Part shown: one piece after another, positions 26,151 through 36,700 of the stretch | How the letters are laid out: the number at the start of each line of letters is the position of its first letter | How positions within the stretch are numbered: the first letter of the stretch is position 1 | Notes under the pieces: model-generated | The model's database searches: none | What the model was told of the DNA's origin: nothing | The model's input: only the letters and a program-made list of their open reading frames with translations | Made by a program: the position numbers and the translations under genes | DNA from: a virus | Lineage: Duplodnaviria > Caudoviricetes | DNA: 61,564 nucleotides | Reading direction: 5' to 3' (one strand) | Virus record (IMG/VR): IMGVR_UViG_3300042507_004218 | Coordinates: 1-61,564 of that record

Positions 26151-27149
26151 GTGAGCAATATCGCACTCTTTTCTTCGTCCAACGTTCCGGCATTCGCCAA
26201 GAAGCAGGAGCTGTCGGCACTGGCCAAGTCGCTCTCGGGCGGCGCTGGTGGCGGCGGCAAGCGCATCTCCATCAAGGGCGGCGTGTTCCGCCTGCTGGTG
26301 GACGGCAAGGAAATCGCCGCCATCGAGGAGCGCTACCTCGATGTGGTCCTGGTGAACGCCGCGCCCAAGATCGGGCGCACGTTCTACATGAAGACCTACG
26401 ATGGCGACACGCCCAGCGCCCCGGACTGCTGGAGCGCCGACGGCGAGAAGCCCGACGCCACCGCTGCCAACCCGCAAGCGTCGAACTGCGCAAGCTGCCC
26501 GCAGAACGCCAAGGGCTCGGGGCAAGGCGACAGCCGCGCCTGCCGCTTCAGCCAGCGTCTGGCCGTGGTGCTGGCCAACGACATCGAGGGCGATGTCCTG
26601 ATGCTGCAGGCGCCTGCGGCGTCGATCTTCGGCAAGGCCGAGGGCGAGAACATGCCGCTCCAGGCGTACGCTCGGTTCCTGGCGGCGCAAGGCGTGTCCC
26701 CCGAGACGGTGGTCACCCGGATGAAGTTCGACACCAAGGCGGAGGCGCCCAAGCTGTTCTTCAAGCCCATGCGCTGGCTGACCGAGGAGGAGTACGCCGC
26801 TGCGACGCAGCAGGGGCAGAGCCCGGAGGCCAAGCAGGCCATCACGATGACCGTGGCGCAGATGGACAAGGTGGCTGCTCCTGCTCCCATGGAGCTTCCC
26901 GGCAAGCCCCCGCAGCGCGCGGCTGCGCCCGCCCCTGCCCCGGCGCCTGCGGCTGAGGATGATGACGAGCCCGCGCCGCCCCCGCCGCGTCGTGGCCGTC
27001 CGCCCAAGGCTGTCGTCGAGGCCCGCAAGGCCGCAGAGGCGGCTGCAGAGGAGCCGCCCGAGCCGGTCGTCCAGCGTGCGCCTGCCCCGCCCGCTGCCGC
27101 GCCCAAGACCCCGCTTGCGAAGCTCGCGGAAGATTGGGATGATGAGTGA
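26151..27149 (+). CDS. Putative ssDNA-binding/annealing protein
   Basis: GTG start with AAGGAG RBS; four-Cys motif, Pro/Ala linker, acidic C-terminus EDWDDE; located in the replication module. Confidence 0.6.
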   Translation: MSNIALFSSSNVPAFAKKQELSALAKSLSGGAGGGGKRISIKGGVFRLLVDGKEIAAIEERYLDVVLVNAAPKIGRTFYMKTYDGDTPSAPDCWSADGEKPDATAANPQASNCASCPQNAKGSGQGDSRACRFSQRLAVVLANDIEGDVLMLQAPAASIFGKAEGENMPLQAYARFLAAQGVSPETVVTRMKFDTKAEAPKLFFKPMRWLTEEEYAAATQQGQSPEAKQAITMTVAQMDKVAAPAPMELPGKPPQRAAAPAPAPAPAAEDDDEPAPPPPRRGRPPKAVVEARKAAEAAAEEPPEPVVQRAPAPPAAAPKTPLAKLAEDWDDE

Positions 27150-27184
27150 GTAACTGGGGGCGGCACTGCCGCCCCCTTTGTCAT

Positions 27185-27463
27185 ATGCCCTACTCAACCG
27201 ACACCATCTACAGAGTCAAGAAAGGATCGCACAGCCTGGGCAACACGCTTGGGCGCCTTGCGGTTGATCTTGACTTCTCCGTACAGCGCATCGCCAAGGC
27301 CACAAACGCCACTAGGCAGACCGTTTACAACTGGTTGTCTGGAGGTGAAGTGATGGGCGCCTACCGCCCGAATGTCGAGCGCTTGATCAACATACTGAAG
27401 ACAGCAAGAACTGCTGACGAAGCCTGGGGAGTAGCATGCCGGGAATTCAACCTTCAAGCCTGA
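27185..27463 (+). CDS. Cro/XRE-like HTH protein
   Basis: SVQRIAKATNATRQTVYNWLSG. Confidence 0.75.
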   Translation: MPYSTDTIYRVKKGSHSLGNTLGRLAVDLDFSVQRIAKATNATRQTVYNWLSGGEVMGAYRPNVERLINILKTARTADEAWGVACREFNLQA

Positions 27464-27618
27464 CGCCGAGTGAACTCGTGCGCTACGCGGATCAGTTTAA
27501 TCACAACGGTCTGCCGAAGCACTGGTGTCAGGAGCTTATCGCCATGCTCGACGCGTATGTGACGAAGTACGGCGACGAGGCAGTAGCGAAGCGCCCAGAG
27601 CAAGCGTCCCTTTTCTGA
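27436..27618 (+). CDS. Small hypothetical protein
   Basis: GGAG RBS, 60 aa, ends ASLF (sliding-clamp-motif-like). Confidence 0.6.
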   Translation: MPGIQPSSLTPSELVRYADQFNHNGLPKHWCQELIAMLDAYVTKYGDEAVAKRPEQASLF

Positions 27619-27633
27619 GGGGGATTGCTCTTC

Positions 27634-30519
27634 ATGGAACCGCAAGAGTTTCTTGCGGCGGTATTGCCGCCGCCAGGGCACGGCTACTATTGCGTAGCCG
27701 CAATAACCCCCAAGAAAAAAGAGCACCACTTTGTTCAAGAAATCGAAGGGCTGCTGCCTAAGACGCAGCAGTGGCTAGACGAGCGCAAGGATGTGTACTT
27801 TGCGCTGTCCACGTTCAAGGAGCGGGGTTCTCGCGAAGCAGTCAACGCGGCATACATCAAGTCCGTGTTCATCGACATGGACGGCTACGCCTCCAAGAAG
27901 GCTGCAGCGGAGGCACTGAGCGCGTTCCTTGAGCGCACCGGCCTCGACACGTTCGGCACCCCATGGGTGGTGGCCTCGGGCGGCGGGCTGCACTGCTACT
28001 GGGCGCTGGAGGAGCCGGTCGAGATCGCGCAGTGGAAGCCCGTGGGCGAAGCGCTCAAGCGCCTGTGCAAACAAGAGGCGCTGGCCATCGACATGACGGT
28101 GCCGGCTGACGCCGCCCGGGTGCTGCGCATCCCTGGCACGTTCAACTTCAAGCCGAAGTACCCCGAGCCCAGGCCCGTCAAGCTGCTGGTCGAGGGCTGC
28201 ACGGTGCCGTTCGAGGCGTTCTCCCAGCACATCTTCTCGCTGGTGGGGGAGCCCGAGGCGCCCATGCCCACGCTGTCCCTGCCAGGGACACGCCCGACGC
28301 CCACGGCGACCGGCGTGAAGCTCATGGAGAACAGCACCACCCGGTTCAAGAACATCCTACAGCGCACCGTTGCAGGCGACGGCTGCGCCCAGCTTGCGCA
28401 CTTCGTCGAGCACGCGGCTGACGAGGGCATGGAGCCGCTGTGGCGCGGCTGGCTGTCCCAGGCGAAGTACTGTGCGGACAGTGAGCGCGCCGCGAAGTGG
28501 CTGAGCGATCTGCACCCCTACGACGCGCAGCGCATGCAGATCAAGCTGCGGGAGATCAAGGGGCCGTACCCCTGTCTGAAATTCGACAGTGAGAACCCGG
28601 GCGTCTGCGAGGGCTGCAAGCACTTCGGGAAGATCACCAACCCCCTGGCGCTCGGCAGAGAACTGATCACCGACAACGCACCGAAAGAGATCGAGATCAC
28701 GCCGGCTGATCCAGAAGATCCCGAGGCGCCACCGGTCAAGGTCATCCGCCCCACGCCCCCCAAGGGCTACTCATACGGCGCCAACGGCGGCGTCTACGTG
28801 GACAAGATGGTGGAGGAAGCCGACGGCACGAAGCGCAAGCGTCAGGTGCTCATCCTCCCCTACGATCTGTTCGTCGTGGACCTCCTGAGCAAGGAGGGCG
28901 AGCACACCGTCCACATGGTGGCCAACCGGCCCAACAAGGCCATCGACATCCTCATGGCGCAGCGCTACGCGGTGTCCAAAGATGAATGCATCAAGACCCT
29001 TGCGCAGCAGAACATCATCGCGTCTTACGGCCCCAACAACGATGTCAACCTCTACGAGTACGTCAGGGCGTGCGTGGTGGAGGCCAGCACATCCAAGCAA
29101 CCGGTCATCATTCCGCAGCAGTACGGTTGGCAAGAAGACGGCTCGTTCGTCTACTCGGGGCGGGTGTTCCGCCCCGACGGCACCTCCCGCACGGTGCCCA
29201 TGCCTGACCTAGCGAACCTCACGCGCAACACGCGGCAGCAGGGCACGCTGGAGGAGTGGCGCAAGCTGCCCCAGATGCTGATCAGGCGCAAGCTCTTCGA
29301 CCATCTGGCCATCGCCAGCATCGCCTTCGGCTCCCCGCTGATGCGCTTCACCCAGATGAGCGCGTTGACCTTCCATGCAGGCTCGACCGACTCGGGCACC
29401 GGCAAGTCGCTGGCCCTGTCGCTGCTGAACTCCGTGTGGGGCCATCCGATCCGATACCGCACGGGCAAGAGCACGAGCCCGGTGACCATGCAGCAGCGCA
29501 TGGGCAACCTCAACAGCCTGCCGTTCACCAGCGACGAGATCACGCACAAGTCGCGGCAGGACATGGAGTGGTTCCCGGGCTTCATCTTCGATGCGTCCGA
29601 GGGCCAGGGCAAGGAGAAGAGCGAGGCGCACCACAACCGCGAGCGCATCAACAACGTCTCGTGGTCCATGATCCCGCTGCTGACCTCCAACACGCACATG
29701 CACGACTACATGTCGGGCGCGCGCAACCACACCTCGCAGGGCGAACTGCTGCGCATGCTGGAGTGGACGCCGGAGGTCAAGCTGGAGTGGACGCCGGAAG
29801 AGGAAGAGCTTCTGAAGCTGCTGAACAACCACTACGGGGTGGCAGGAGAGCGCTACGTCAAGTGGCTTGTGCAGAACCAGGAGCAGGCGCGTAGCATCAC
29901 GATGCAGGTCATTGCGCAGATCAAGCGCGACTGGCAAATGAGCGGAGACGAGCGCTTCTGGGCTGCTGGCTGTGGCTGCGTGATCGCCGGGGCGATACTG
30001 GCGTCGAACAAGTACGCGAACATCATCGACCTGCCGGTGGACGGCATTATCGAGAGCCTGCACAAGCTGGTGATCAAGGCCCGCAAGATCGTCAAGTCGG
30101 GTACCCGCACCGCCGAGGATGTCCTGAACGCGTTCACCCGGGAGCACTTTGGTTCGTTCGTGGTGCTGCGCATCAGCAACGGGTCGCTCATGGCGGCACT
30201 GGGTAACGGCCAGGAGATCGACCAGACCATCACGCGCAGCAAGGTCATGGGGCGCGTAGAGCACGAGATCGCCAAGCGTGGCTACGTCGAGTACTTCATC
30301 GAGGAGCAGGTGCTCAAGGCGCACTGCGTGTCGATGTCGTTCGGCTACGAGGCGTTCAAGCGCAACATCCAGGCCATCCGAGGCTACGTCGTGCAGTTCA
30401 CGCGCAAGGACATGATGGCCAAGACCAAGGGTCCGCAGATGCGCGTGCGGACGATCAGCATCAGCCGCCCCATCGAGGACGACACGAATGCCGAGCTACT
30501 TCCCGTGGGACAAGCTTGA
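27634..30519 (+). CDS. Primase-helicase (AEP/RepB-like primase + DUF927 + P-loop)
   Basis: FIDMD, SGGGLHCYW, RVLRIPGT primase motifs; Cys cluster; YGWQ...F (DUF927); SGTGKS Walker A; SDEIT Walker B. Confidence 0.88.
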   Translation: MEPQEFLAAVLPPPGHGYYCVAAITPKKKEHHFVQEIEGLLPKTQQWLDERKDVYFALSTFKERGSREAVNAAYIKSVFIDMDGYASKKAAAEALSAFLERTGLDTFGTPWVVASGGGLHCYWALEEPVEIAQWKPVGEALKRLCKQEALAIDMTVPADAARVLRIPGTFNFKPKYPEPRPVKLLVEGCTVPFEAFSQHIFSLVGEPEAPMPTLSLPGTRPTPTATGVKLMENSTTRFKNILQRTVAGDGCAQLAHFVEHAADEGMEPLWRGWLSQAKYCADSERAAKWLSDLHPYDAQRMQIKLREIKGPYPCLKFDSENPGVCEGCKHFGKITNPLALGRELITDNAPKEIEITPADPEDPEAPPVKVIRPTPPKGYSYGANGGVYVDKMVEEADGTKRKRQVLILPYDLFVVDLLSKEGEHTVHMVANRPNKAIDILMAQRYAVSKDECIKTLAQQNIIASYGPNNDVNLYEYVRACVVEASTSKQPVIIPQQYGWQEDGSFVYSGRVFRPDGTSRTVPMPDLANLTRNTRQQGTLEEWRKLPQMLIRRKLFDHLAIASIAFGSPLMRFTQMSALTFHAGSTDSGTGKSLALSLLNSVWGHPIRYRTGKSTSPVTMQQRMGNLNSLPFTSDEITHKSRQDMEWFPGFIFDASEGQGKEKSEAHHNRERINNVSWSMIPLLTSNTHMHDYMSGARNHTSQGELLRMLEWTPEVKLEWTPEEEELLKLLNNHYGVAGERYVKWLVQNQEQARSITMQVIAQIKRDWQMSGDERFWAAGCGCVIAGAILASNKYANIIDLPVDGIIESLHKLVIKARKIVKSGTRTAEDVLNAFTREHFGSFVVLRISNGSLMAALGNGQEIDQTITRSKVMGRVEHEIAKRGYVEYFIEEQVLKAHCVSMSFGYEAFKRNIQAIRGYVVQFTRKDMMAKTKGPQMRVRTISISRPIEDDTNAELLPVGQA

Positions 30520-30745
30520 GCGGGGGCAGGGCTTCTTCGTTCCCGCGCTTGACCTGGACGCCATGCGAGAAGCGGGACTGCTGGCTGCAGTCCCGCTGCG
30601 CTTGAAGGACGCCCGCGCTACCTACGGCATCAGGGACGGGCAGCTTGGGGTGCTGTTCTACCGGAAAGCCCCTGCACGGCCTGAGCGAGACGAATCTTCG
30701 CCTGACGCGCCCGGTCAAGCTCCGCCCGCTTCCGATCAGGCGTGA
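30488..30745 (+). CDS. Small protein resembling the 14157 family
   Basis: FPWDKLERGQGFFVP...GVLFYR; GAGG RBS. Confidence 0.6.
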   Translation: MPSYFPWDKLERGQGFFVPALDLDAMREAGLLAAVPLRLKDARATYGIRDGQLGVLFYRKAPARPERDESSPDAPGQAPPASDQA

Positions 30746-33700
30746 GGGTGGACGCCCGCACCTGACGTTCGAACTCGGTGATCTGCCCCATCTGCTCCCT
30801 GAACGCGCCTGCCACGGACGCCAGGGATAGCTCGTCGGCCTTCTCCTCGGCGTAGCGCTTGGCCTGCTCGGGCTTGTTTTCCGCGAGCATGCGCTTGTAG
30901 GTCTCCTGCACCTGACGGACCTTGTTCATGCGCTCGTAGACGAGGTCGATGATGCCGCTGGCGTCCTTGGGCTGGAACAGCGTGCCGACCAGCGGGAGGT
31001 CTGACGGGCGCTTGGTGGCAGGCGCAGGGCCCTCGCCAGTACCGGCAAAGGGCGCACTGAGCGCGGAGATGAGCGCCATGCCCATCTGGCCGGTGTAGCC
31101 GCTGATCAGGAACTCCAGCTTGATGGGGGAGAAACCCGTCATCTCGCCCACGGTTTTGGCAAGCTCCGTGGTGCTCTCCCGCGCACGGTACCCAGGTTCG
31201 ATGGCTTGCTCCCGAGCGGACTCGATGTCGCGCCCGGTGTAGGCCGACACCCCGAAGCCAACCTCCAACAGCGGCTTGACGGCTGCAGGGATCATGTAGG
31301 ACGAACCGCCAGGGATCATCTGCTGCACGATGTGCTTCAGCGCCTTGAGGGCTTCTTCGCCGCCTTCCTCGTTGGACAGGGTGTTCACGATGGCCTCGGG
31401 CAGCGCCTTGAAGATGTAGCCCAGTTCGAACGGGATGGGCAGGCGGATGGGCTGCTCGACGCCCGGGAGCGACACGAACCAGTTCCCGTACTTCTCCTCG
31501 GGCTTGGCGTTCTTGTACGCCTCGTCGTCCTGCATCGCCATGGCGTAGGCAATGCTCAAACCGAACAGCATCATGCCACGGGCAATCAGCTTCTTGCGCA
31601 CGCCCAGGCGCTCGTTCATCGGCATCTGGCCCGTGAACGACCGGTACAGAACGTCCAGGCCCTGAATCTGCGCGTTGAAGAAGGGGATCAGCGTGCTGGC
31701 CATGTGCAGGCTGGGCGACAGCCCGCGCCGGCTGAAGTTCATGGACTCCAGCGCCCTGTACGTGGCCTCCATCTCCGACAGGCCCTGCTTGAGGTAGTCC
31801 TCATACTGAGCGCGGCGAGTGAGCGCATCGACCTGAGCTGCCTTGCCCTCCAGATACGCGAGGCCGTTGGTAACGCTCAGCTTGCCCGCCTGCATCGCCT
31901 TGATCATGCGCGACATGTCCTCGGGCATGCCGGTGAAGACCTGACCGCCCGTGATGCCGCGCCGCTCCAGCACCCCTGCCTTGCCGATCTGCTTGAGCGC
32001 ACTCAGTATCGGCACCGTGTTGGAGCCGCTGGCAATTGCGGCTTGCGTAGAGTCCCGGAACAACATCCGTGCCATGTAAACCGGAGACGCCACGATCATG
32101 CGGCGCAGGAAGCGTGCAGGCATGCCCATGACGCGCACGAAGGCCGGGAACATCGTCGGGATGCCCGCCAGACCCTTGACCAGCAGGTCGCTGCTGATCC
32201 CCAACGCCTCAGTGTCCACCACGCCGAAGTGCTCGACGCCGTCGAGCTTGAACGTCACCGCGCCCGCCGGGGCGTTGCCGCCCTTGACCTTGCCAACAGT
32301 GGCGAGCCCGAGATCCTTGAACTCGAACATCAGGTTCTTCATGGCAAGGTTGTGCGTCGCCATGTCGATCAGCATCGAGGTGTTCTGGATGCTGCTGGTG
32401 ATGAAGTCCATGATGGGCTCGTCACCGCCCACAAGCTCCTGCAGATGCGGACTGTCCTTCAGGTTGCCGATGCGGATAGGCGTCTCCTTGCCGATCATGA
32501 GTTCGGCCACGCCGTCGCGTATGCGGTAGTAGGGGATGTAGTCGTTCTCCTGCAGCAGCTCGTTGGCTTGCTCCTTGCTCAGGGCGCCGGTCTGCACGTT
32601 GAAGTTGATCAGGTCGCGGTTGTACTGGTTGTAGATGTCGCGCACTTCGCTGAACGCGTCGCGCAGCACTGGGTTGGCGTCGATCTCGGCCTTGGCGGCT
32701 TTGAAGTCCTCCGGCGTCGGCATGGAGTCCAGGCGGCTCTCCAGGCTGTTCATGCGCTTCGTCAGCACCGTGCGCTGTTCAGCGGACAGCTTCGTGGACT
32801 TGAGTTCGTTCTCGATGCGCTTGATCTCGCCCTGCGCCCACACGCGGCCAAAGTTGAGCGTGTTGTAGCCCACGCGCTCGCCACGGATCGCAGCCATGTA
32901 GAGCGTCGCAAGCTTGTTGGACGCGTCGGCGCTGCCCGCTTCCTTGACCACATCCTTGCGCTTCAGGATGTCGAACGCCTGCTTCAGGTTGGCCCCGGGC
33001 TTGGCCTCGATGAGGTACTCCTTGGTGCCGTCAGGACGAATGATCTCCCTGCGTTCCGGCACGCCGTTCGTGATGGCCTGGGATGTGAAGTGCATCTGCT
33101 GGTCAACCATGCGCAGGTAGTACATCGCCTGCATGGCTTTCGTAGGGTCCGCGCCCGCACGCTTGAGCGCCTCCTCGGTGGGGAAGTACTTGTCGATGAA
33201 CTGCGCACGCCCGCCGATGCCAAGGAAGTTGTCGCGGATCTTGTCGATTACGCCCTTCTCTTTGCCCACCAGTTGATTGGCAACACGTGCTGCGGTGGGC
33301 AGGTTGCGGGAGAAGAGGATTTCTCCCGGCTCCGTACGGGCCTCGGCAGCGGGCGCTGCCTGCCCGCGCATCTCCATCTTCGCTGCACCGAACGCCATGT
33401 CCACGATGCCTTGCGCATCCAGCGTCTTGGGCGGCAGGCCAAACTTCTCCAGTGCGCGCCGGAAGAGCTGTGCGACGCGGCCCAGCCACTGCCCCAGCAC
33501 ACCCTTGGTCTCGGTGGGCTTGACGCCTGCGTTGACGGCCTCCTCGATGGCATAGGCCAGCAACTCGTCGTTGACCTGACCGGCCGGCGTCTCCGCTGCC
33601 TCCACACGTGCGCGTGCGGCCTGGGCCACCCGGGCCTCGGTACTGCCGTCGGTCTTTTTCTCCCAGGACTTGACGGCGTTGACCAAGGCGCTGTACTGGG

Positions 33701-36700
33701 CGTCGCCCAGCATGCTCTTCAGGCCCACGTGGGCGCCAACCTCGTGCAGCAGCACGGACAGCGCCTGCCCCTGGGGGATGTTCTCCGCGATCAGGAACGC
33801 CTTGTTGCCCGCGCTGTCCACGAAGCCGCGAGCGTCTGCCGGAATCTTGCCCTTGTACTGCGGGTTGGCCGCAACGAGCGCGTCCACCGAGTCGTAGATC
33901 TGCACCCGGCCCAGGTCCGGGAAGGTCTTCTTCAGCTCCGTGCGCACCGTTCCGGTGGTGGACGGCGTAGCGGTGGGGCCACGGGAGCGAAAGATCTCGT
34001 CAAGGGGCCGCGCATCTTCGTCTGCTGCCTCCGGCGTTTCTTCGCCTTCGACTTTTTGCGCAGTTTCCGCTTCTCGAAGCGCTTCGAGAGAAACAGTGTC
34101 TTCTTCCGCAGGCGCTTCTGCTTCCCTATCCGCTTCGTCCAGCAGCTTTCTTTCCGCAGGCGTCAAGCTTTCTCCGGCTTCGTCCTTAGCGCGTATCTCA
34201 GCAAGCCGCTCTTCTTTCTTGCGACGAGCAACCGTTTCTTTTGTACGGCTGCGATTGTCCTGCTCGATGAGGAACTGCTCCAGAGGCGTAAGCTCTTCGC
34301 CTCGCGCTTGCCGTTGACGCGCTTCGCGCAGCAAGCGTGCTTCTTCCACAGATGCTCGTTCTTCGACGCCAACTCCCTTACCTTGATAGACCGTCTTCTC
34401 TGCTTTGCGGGCTTCCGCCGCTTCGGTGCGCGTAAGGGCTTCGCCGGTAGTCTCCGGCGCTCCTGCCCGTGTGGCCGCTTCCCGAGCAGACGCTGCGCGT
34501 TCTGCCGCATCTGCCGCTGCTTTTTCAGCAGCACCGATCCTGCGCTTGGGCTGCGGTTGCGCACCTTTGAATGCACCGGAAGAAATCAAATCGGCTACTG
34601 CGTCGCGTTTGCGGACAGCAGTGGCAAGTTCCGTAATGTCTTTGTCGTAGCCTTTCCAGACGACTACTGACTGCATGACCTCGTTTCTGGCCAAGTTGTA
34701 TGCGCGTTCCGCTGCTTGCAGATCCGGTTCGATGGCGGCACGCGCCTCCGCTGACTTTGCGGCTTTGTACTTTGCCTGAAGTTCGTCGTACGGCTTGCGC
34801 TCTTTGATTTCCTTCAGCTTCATCTGCCGAACAGCATCAGTCTTATTGCGCAGCTTTTCAGCAAGCGTAGAGACACGCGACTGGAGTCCGCTGAGCACCT
34901 TTTGAGGGTCGCCCAGAAGTTGCTTCTGCTCAACAAGCGTGATACGCGGCTGTGGCTGTTCCCGAGACAAACGCTGCGCCTCAGTAAGCGCAGGGTAGAC
35001 AACTGCGCCAAGTTCTTGCGTTGGCGCAAAGCGCGTACTACCGGGAATTCCAGCACCTTCAACCGCACGACCTCCCGGTGCCGCCTGCATCCGTTCAAGC
35101 GCCTGCTGCTGCGCCACATAGCGCTTGGTTCTTTCGGTTTCCGCGAGGCCTCGCTTGACTGCTTCGCGCTCGCGTTGTGCCTTGGCCGACTGAGCAGCAG
35201 CGGCTGCGTCCGCCCGCGATACGGTAATCCCCGCCGTGCCCAAAGACTCGCGTGCCTTGCCAAGCTGTTCTTGAAGCGCTTCTATTCGCGCGTCCATGCC
35301 CGGTCTACCCGAAAGCTGCGCAATATCATTCAGCGCTTTTTCTACCGCTACGGCGCGGATCAGGTAGTCGGTTTTTGCAAGCAACGCTCCGCGTTCGGCT
35401 TCCGCAGCCTGAAGCTCCGTAGCATACACCTGCGCTACTTCAAGCAACTGGACCTTGTCTTCCGCCGACACATTGGCGGAATTTATTACGCGTGCTCTTG
35501 CACCGCGAACTTCTTCGATGCGACGAATGCGCTCATCTACATCCATCTTGTCGATGGCCGCTTGTGTAAGCGCAGGCTTAGCGTTCGGGATGTAGCTGAT
35601 CGAAAGTGGTGTCGTTATCTGAAGCGTTTCGCCTTTTTTGACAAGCGCGGTAAGCTCCTTGTCAGCTTTAACGATGGCGCGTGCGGCAACAAGGGTATCC
35701 TTGGCGGCTTGGATAGCTTTTAGTTCTTTTTCTTTGCGGGCAATTTCTTCTTTAAGCTCTTTCAGGCTTTTACGAGCTTTGTCAAACCGTGCCTGTTCAC
35801 GTTGAAGCATTGTCCTTGGACGGTCTTTTCCTTCCAAGAACTTTTTGAACGCTTCAGGGGTCTCAAGAATGAAGCCTTTTTCCGCACCTTCAGGGAACAG
35901 CGGCAGTTGGGCTTCAGTGTCAGCGCGACCTTGTTCAAACGCGGTCAAGGCAAGGCGGAGTTCTTGCGGAACGTCCAGATCAAACTCAGGCGTAGCTGCG
36001 CTAGGACCGCGCAGGGTGTCGGGGCCAATGGCGCTTTTCCCACGCCCCGGGACAGGAGCGCCAAATTCAAGCGCAGTGCCTTTTGGCACTGCTTGCCCTG
36101 CGCGTACTTCTGCTTCATATTCAGCGCCGAGGCGCTCGGCAGTTTCGGGCTTGGCGCCTTTCTTTGCTGCTCGTTCTGCGCGTTCACGCGCATACGCATA
36201 AGCGTCGCGTGCGGCATCCCCGCGAGACATTCCTTTACGCAAGTTGTCCGCAAAGCGCTGTTGTCGCGCTTCTGCCAATGTCAAATCTTCTTCTGCCGCC
36301 GTTGTGGGCTCCGCAGTAAATGCGCGTGCGTACGACGTACTCGTGATACGGCGCGGAGCACCTTCCCCGGGCTGTGTGGCTTCTACCTGCTTGAGAAGCG
36401 CGTCTACAAGCCCGTAATAGCTCTTGGGCGCAACTTGCGTTTCCGGGTAGATCGTTTTGCCGCTGGGCGTTTCAAAGCGCAACGGCTTCAGCTTCTGTTC
36501 TTCACGGCCAACTTGCGTATCTTGTGCAGGCAGTGTGCGCTCAACACGACGTAGCAGTTCGTAGATGTCTTGCGGGAGATCTTCTCGGGCAAGCGAAGAT
36601 GCCAGCCGCGTTTCAAGGTCTTTTGCAGTAAGCGGTTTCTCAACGGGAGGACGCCCTTCAACTTCTTCGCTCGGCGGCGAATACAGGCGGAACTCTCCCG

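Noticed and set aside
31206-34670. 1154-aa plus-strand ORF (and similar long antisense ORFs at 2705, 36570, 40648)
   Set aside because: These are shadow ORFs opposite high-GC3 genes, with no RBS or recognisable motifs.
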